Assembly: GCA_004322535.1 (NCBI GenBank) | Contig: SCUZ01000063.1 | Location: 5,021-69,020 of the forward strand | DNA length: 64,000 nucleotides | Source: Rugosibacter sp. | Lineage (GTDB): Bacteria > Pseudomonadota > Gammaproteobacteria > Burkholderiales > Rhodocyclaceae | Direction: 5' to 3' | Shown here: positions 61,039-64,000 of the stretch, one piece after another | Layout of the letters: each line of letters begins with the position of its first letter | How positions within the stretch are numbered: the first letter of the stretch is position 1 | Notes under the pieces: model-generated | The model's input: only the letters and a program-made list of their open reading frames with translations | What the model was told of the DNA's origin: nothing | The model's database searches: none | Translations under genes and position numbers: made by a program

Positions 61039-62754
61039 ATGAATCAACCCATGGATCCTTCAACCCAACGGCGACGCGTCGGCCAGATACTTATCGCGCA
61101 GGGCGTGATCAGTGAAGATCAGTTGCGTATTGCCTTGCTGGAGCAGATGAAATCCAACCAGCCCGTCGGGCGGCTACTGGTCACGCTCGGTTTTGTTTCC
61201 GAAGCCACACTGCGTGATGCACTAAGCGAGTCCCTGGGCCATGAGTCGGTTGATCTTGCCAACACCATCGTTGATCCAGAGGCTGTCCAGCTCATTCCAC
61301 GCGATCTCGCAAAACGGCACTTGCTTTTAGGTTTGAGTTACTCACCTACAACACATCATCTAAAAATTGCCATTGCTGACCCCGATGATATTGTCGCCAT
61401 AGACAAACTACGTGCATTAATTCACCACAAAGTCCATATCGAAACCCTGCTGGCGGGCGAATCAGAAATTAGCCATGCAATTGATCAGTACTACAGCCAT
61501 GAATTGTCAATTGACGGCATTCTGAACGAAATTGAAACCGGTGAAATTGACTACCGCAGTATCACCTCTACACTCGACGAATACAGCCAACCGGTAGTAC
61601 GGTTAGTCGATGCATTGCTGACCGATGCCGTCAAACGCAGTGCGTCCGATATCCACTTCGAGCCTGAAGCCAGCTTTTTGCGCATCCGTTATCGCATCGA
61701 TGGCTTGTTGCGCCAAATCCGTTCGCTGCATAAATCTTATTGGGCGGCGATGGCTGTGCGCATCAAGGTCATGAGTGGCATGAACATCGCCGAAACCCGC
61801 GCTCCACAGGATGGCCGCATTTCGCTCAATATCAGCGGCGATATGATTGATTTTCGGGTCTCAGCCCAACCCACCATACATGGCGAGAACATCGTGCTGC
61901 GCATTCTCGACCGCAAAAAAGGCATCGTGCCGATTGACGGTCTGGGTCTGGATGATCACCAGATCAACCTGCTCAAACTCATGGTTGCCCGGCCCGAAGG
62001 CATCATTCTGGTGACGGGCCCCACAGGTAGTGGCAAGACCACCACGCTGTATTCCTTGCTCAATCACATCAATCTCGAAGGGGTCAACATCATGACCCTT
62101 GAAGATCCTGTGGAGTACCCCATGGCGATGATTCGCCAGACCTCCATTTCCGAATCTGCCAAGCTGGACTTTGCCAACGGCATACGCTCCATGATGCGGC
62201 AAGATCCGGATGTCATTCTGGTCGGCGAAATTCGTGATGAAGAAACAGCGGATATGGCGTTTCGCGCAGCCATGACGGGCCATCAGGTCTACTCCACGCT
62301 ACACACCAACTCTGCTCTCGGTGCCATTCCCCGTCTGCTGGATATTGGCATCTTGCCCGACATCATGGCGGGCAATATCATTGGCATGATTGCCCAGCGC
62401 TTGATACGACGCCTCTGTGTCCAGTGTCGCCAACCTTTCCCGGCGGAACCACATGAGAAAAAACTGCTCGGTCTGGCTGCATCACAGCCTACCCCCATTT
62501 TGTATCGCCCCGTGGGTTGCGTTCACTGCGAGAACCAAGGCTATCGTGGGCGCATAGCCATCATGGAATTATTGCGCCTGGATAGTGAGCTGGATGATCT
62601 CATCAGCCGTCGCGCCAGCTTGCACGAAATCCGTACAGCTGCGGTTGCCAAGGGATTTCAGTCACTCGCGGCAGACGGCTTGCGGCGAGTGCGGGATGGT
62701 ACTACCTCTCTCGAAGAAGTCGGTCGTGTGGTTGATCTGACTGACCGTATGTAA
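61039..62754 (+). CDS. mshE: MshE-type GspE-family pilus ATPase with an MshEN c-di-GMP-binding N-domain
   Basis: RVGQILIAQGVISEDQLRIALLEQ fits RLGxxLIxxGhhxxxxLxxxLxxQ. Walker A GPTGSGKTTT; CVQC...CVHCENQGYRGR. The ATG at 61039 is preferred over the TTG at 61021. Confidence 0.85.
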   Translation: MNQPMDPSTQRRRVGQILIAQGVISEDQLRIALLEQMKSNQPVGRLLVTLGFVSEATLRDALSESLGHESVDLANTIVDPEAVQLIPRDLAKRHLLLGLSYSPTTHHLKIAIADPDDIVAIDKLRALIHHKVHIETLLAGESEISHAIDQYYSHELSIDGILNEIETGEIDYRSITSTLDEYSQPVVRLVDALLTDAVKRSASDIHFEPEASFLRIRYRIDGLLRQIRSLHKSYWAAMAVRIKVMSGMNIAETRAPQDGRISLNISGDMIDFRVSAQPTIHGENIVLRILDRKKGIVPIDGLGLDDHQINLLKLMVARPEGIILVTGPTGSGKTTTLYSLLNHINLEGVNIMTLEDPVEYPMAMIRQTSISESAKLDFANGIRSMMRQDPDVILVGEIRDEETADMAFRAAMTGHQVYSTLHTNSALGAIPRLLDIGILPDIMAGNIIGMIAQRLIRRLCVQCRQPFPAEPHEKKLLGLAASQPTPILYRPVGCVHCENQGYRGRIAIMELLRLDSELDDLISRRASLHEIRTAAVAKGFQSLAADGLRRVRDGTTSLEEVGRVVDLTDRM

Positions 62755-62784
62755 CCGTATTCTTCTAAATTCCCATCCCCACCC

Positions 62785-63987
62785 ATGGCGCTGTATTCAT
62801 ACAAGGCTGTTGATCCAAACGGCAAGATGACCTTTGGTAGTATCGAAGCCATTAACCCCGTTGATCTCGAAATGCGCTTAAAGCGCATGGGCCTTGATTT
62901 CATCAATGGCGATTTGATCAAAAAACGCAGCAGTTTGAATCGCACACGCATCACCCGCCCCGAACTCATCACTTTCTGTTTTCACCTTGAGCAACTAAGC
63001 CGTGCCGGTGTTCCCTTGATAGATAGCCTGGCCGACCTGCGGGACAGCCTGGAAAGCCCGCGTTTTAGAGAAATCATCGCCGGAATGATTGAAAGCATTG
63101 AAGGCGGGAAAACCCTCTCGCAGGCCATGAGTGAACATCCTCACACGTTTGATGAAGTCATGGTCAACCTGATTCGTGCAGGCGAAGAAACCGGCTCTGT
63201 GCCGCAAGTGCTGAACAACTTGCTCGAATCACTTAAATGGCAAGATGAACTGGCCGCACACACCAAAAAACTCATCATGTACCCCGCGTTTCTCGGCACT
63301 GTGGTTGTGGCCGTCGTCATGTTCATGATGATCTATCTCGTGCCAAAAATGGCAGGCTTCATTCGCAATATGGGCCAGGCACTACCGCTACAAACCAAAA
63401 TCCTTATCGCAACCTCTGATTTTTTTGTCAATTACTGGTACGTCGTCATTGGTTTGCCAATCGTGCTTGCCGTGAGCATCACCTTGCTGATAAAACAAAA
63501 TCCCGCAGCACGCTATCGCTTTGATGACATCAAACTGCGCCTGCCATGGATAGGCTCAATACTTAAAAAAATCATTCTTTCGCGGTTTGCCTCTGTTTTC
63601 GCCATGATGTACGCCTCGGGCATTACCATTCTCGATTCCATCAAAACCACCGAAGACATCGTCAGCAATGTCGTCATCAAGGATGGATTAAAGCGGGTCG
63701 GCAATTTAATTTCCGAAGGACAAAATGTCACCGCAGCCTTCCAGCAGGTTGATCTTTTCCCACCGCTGGTTTTACGCATGCTGCGTGTGGGCGAAAATAC
63801 CGGCGAACTGGATATAGCGCTGACCAATGTGAGTTACTTTTACAATCGCGATGTGCGTGAATCAATTGAAAAAGTGCAAGCCATGATCGAACCCGTCATG
63901 ACCGTCATCATCGGCCTCATTCTGGGGTGGATCATGCTCGCTGTGCTAGGGCCGATTTATGACATCATCACCAAAATGAAAACCTGA
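62785..63987 (+). CDS. GspF/PilC-family inner-membrane platform protein (MshG-like)
   Basis: 400 aa with two T2SSF repeats and 3 TM segments; MALYSYKAVDPNGK N-terminus. Confidence 0.88.
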   Translation: MALYSYKAVDPNGKMTFGSIEAINPVDLEMRLKRMGLDFINGDLIKKRSSLNRTRITRPELITFCFHLEQLSRAGVPLIDSLADLRDSLESPRFREIIAGMIESIEGGKTLSQAMSEHPHTFDEVMVNLIRAGEETGSVPQVLNNLLESLKWQDELAAHTKKLIMYPAFLGTVVVAVVMFMMIYLVPKMAGFIRNMGQALPLQTKILIATSDFFVNYWYVVIGLPIVLAVSITLLIKQNPAARYRFDDIKLRLPWIGSILKKIILSRFASVFAMMYASGITILDSIKTTEDIVSNVVIKDGLKRVGNLISEGQNVTAAFQQVDLFPPLVLRMLRVGENTGELDIALTNVSYFYNRDVRESIEKVQAMIEPVMTVIIGLILGWIMLAVLGPIYDIITKMKT

Positions 63988-64000
63988 GTGCACACTTGAT

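Overview
The gene order in this 64-kb window resembles a core chromosomal segment of a betaproteobacterium; this is inferred from synteny only. I call 64 protein-coding genes. I found no rRNA or tRNA genes, no CRISPR array and no transposase or integrase. The housekeeping blocks are panD-panC-panB-DMT-folK-pcnB, valS, sucCD, msrA, nif3, a degS/algW-like protease, tatABC-HIT-hisEIFAHB, hisC, and hisDG-murA-ibaG-ABC2-mlaBCADEF. Six things stand out. (1) A 25-nt motif (consensus AAAAGTCGGCGCTGGTGATACGGCG) occurs at least 14 times, in both orientations, mostly inside genes and in several reading frames. It behaves like a DNA uptake signal sequence, and two type IV pilus-type gene sets lie in the same window. 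(2) A very short type IV pilin (52-aa predicted mature protein) is followed by a separately exported Cys-rich protein, an arrangement resembling Geobacter PilA-N/PilA-C. A sigma-54 promoter and three phased GTCACA repeats sit in front of it. (3) Directly upstream of that promoter lie five co-oriented signalling genes: PP2C, a double-FHA protein, a class II cNMP phosphodiesterase, a GAF-fused GspE-type ATPase and a GAF-HD-GYP protein. (4) There is a complete Anbu operon (circularly permuted ATP-grasp, alpha-E, Anbu peptidase, giant transglutaminase/DUF2126), followed by a secreted ankyrin-repeat protein. (5) An MSHA-like pilus block starts with an orphan sigma-54 response regulator, and its ATPase carries a canonical MshEN c-di-GMP-binding motif. 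(6) hisC, together with an AT-richer foreign ORF, is inverted inside the otherwise collinear his cluster. All functional calls rest on motif and domain recognition by eye from the supplied translations; no database search was run.
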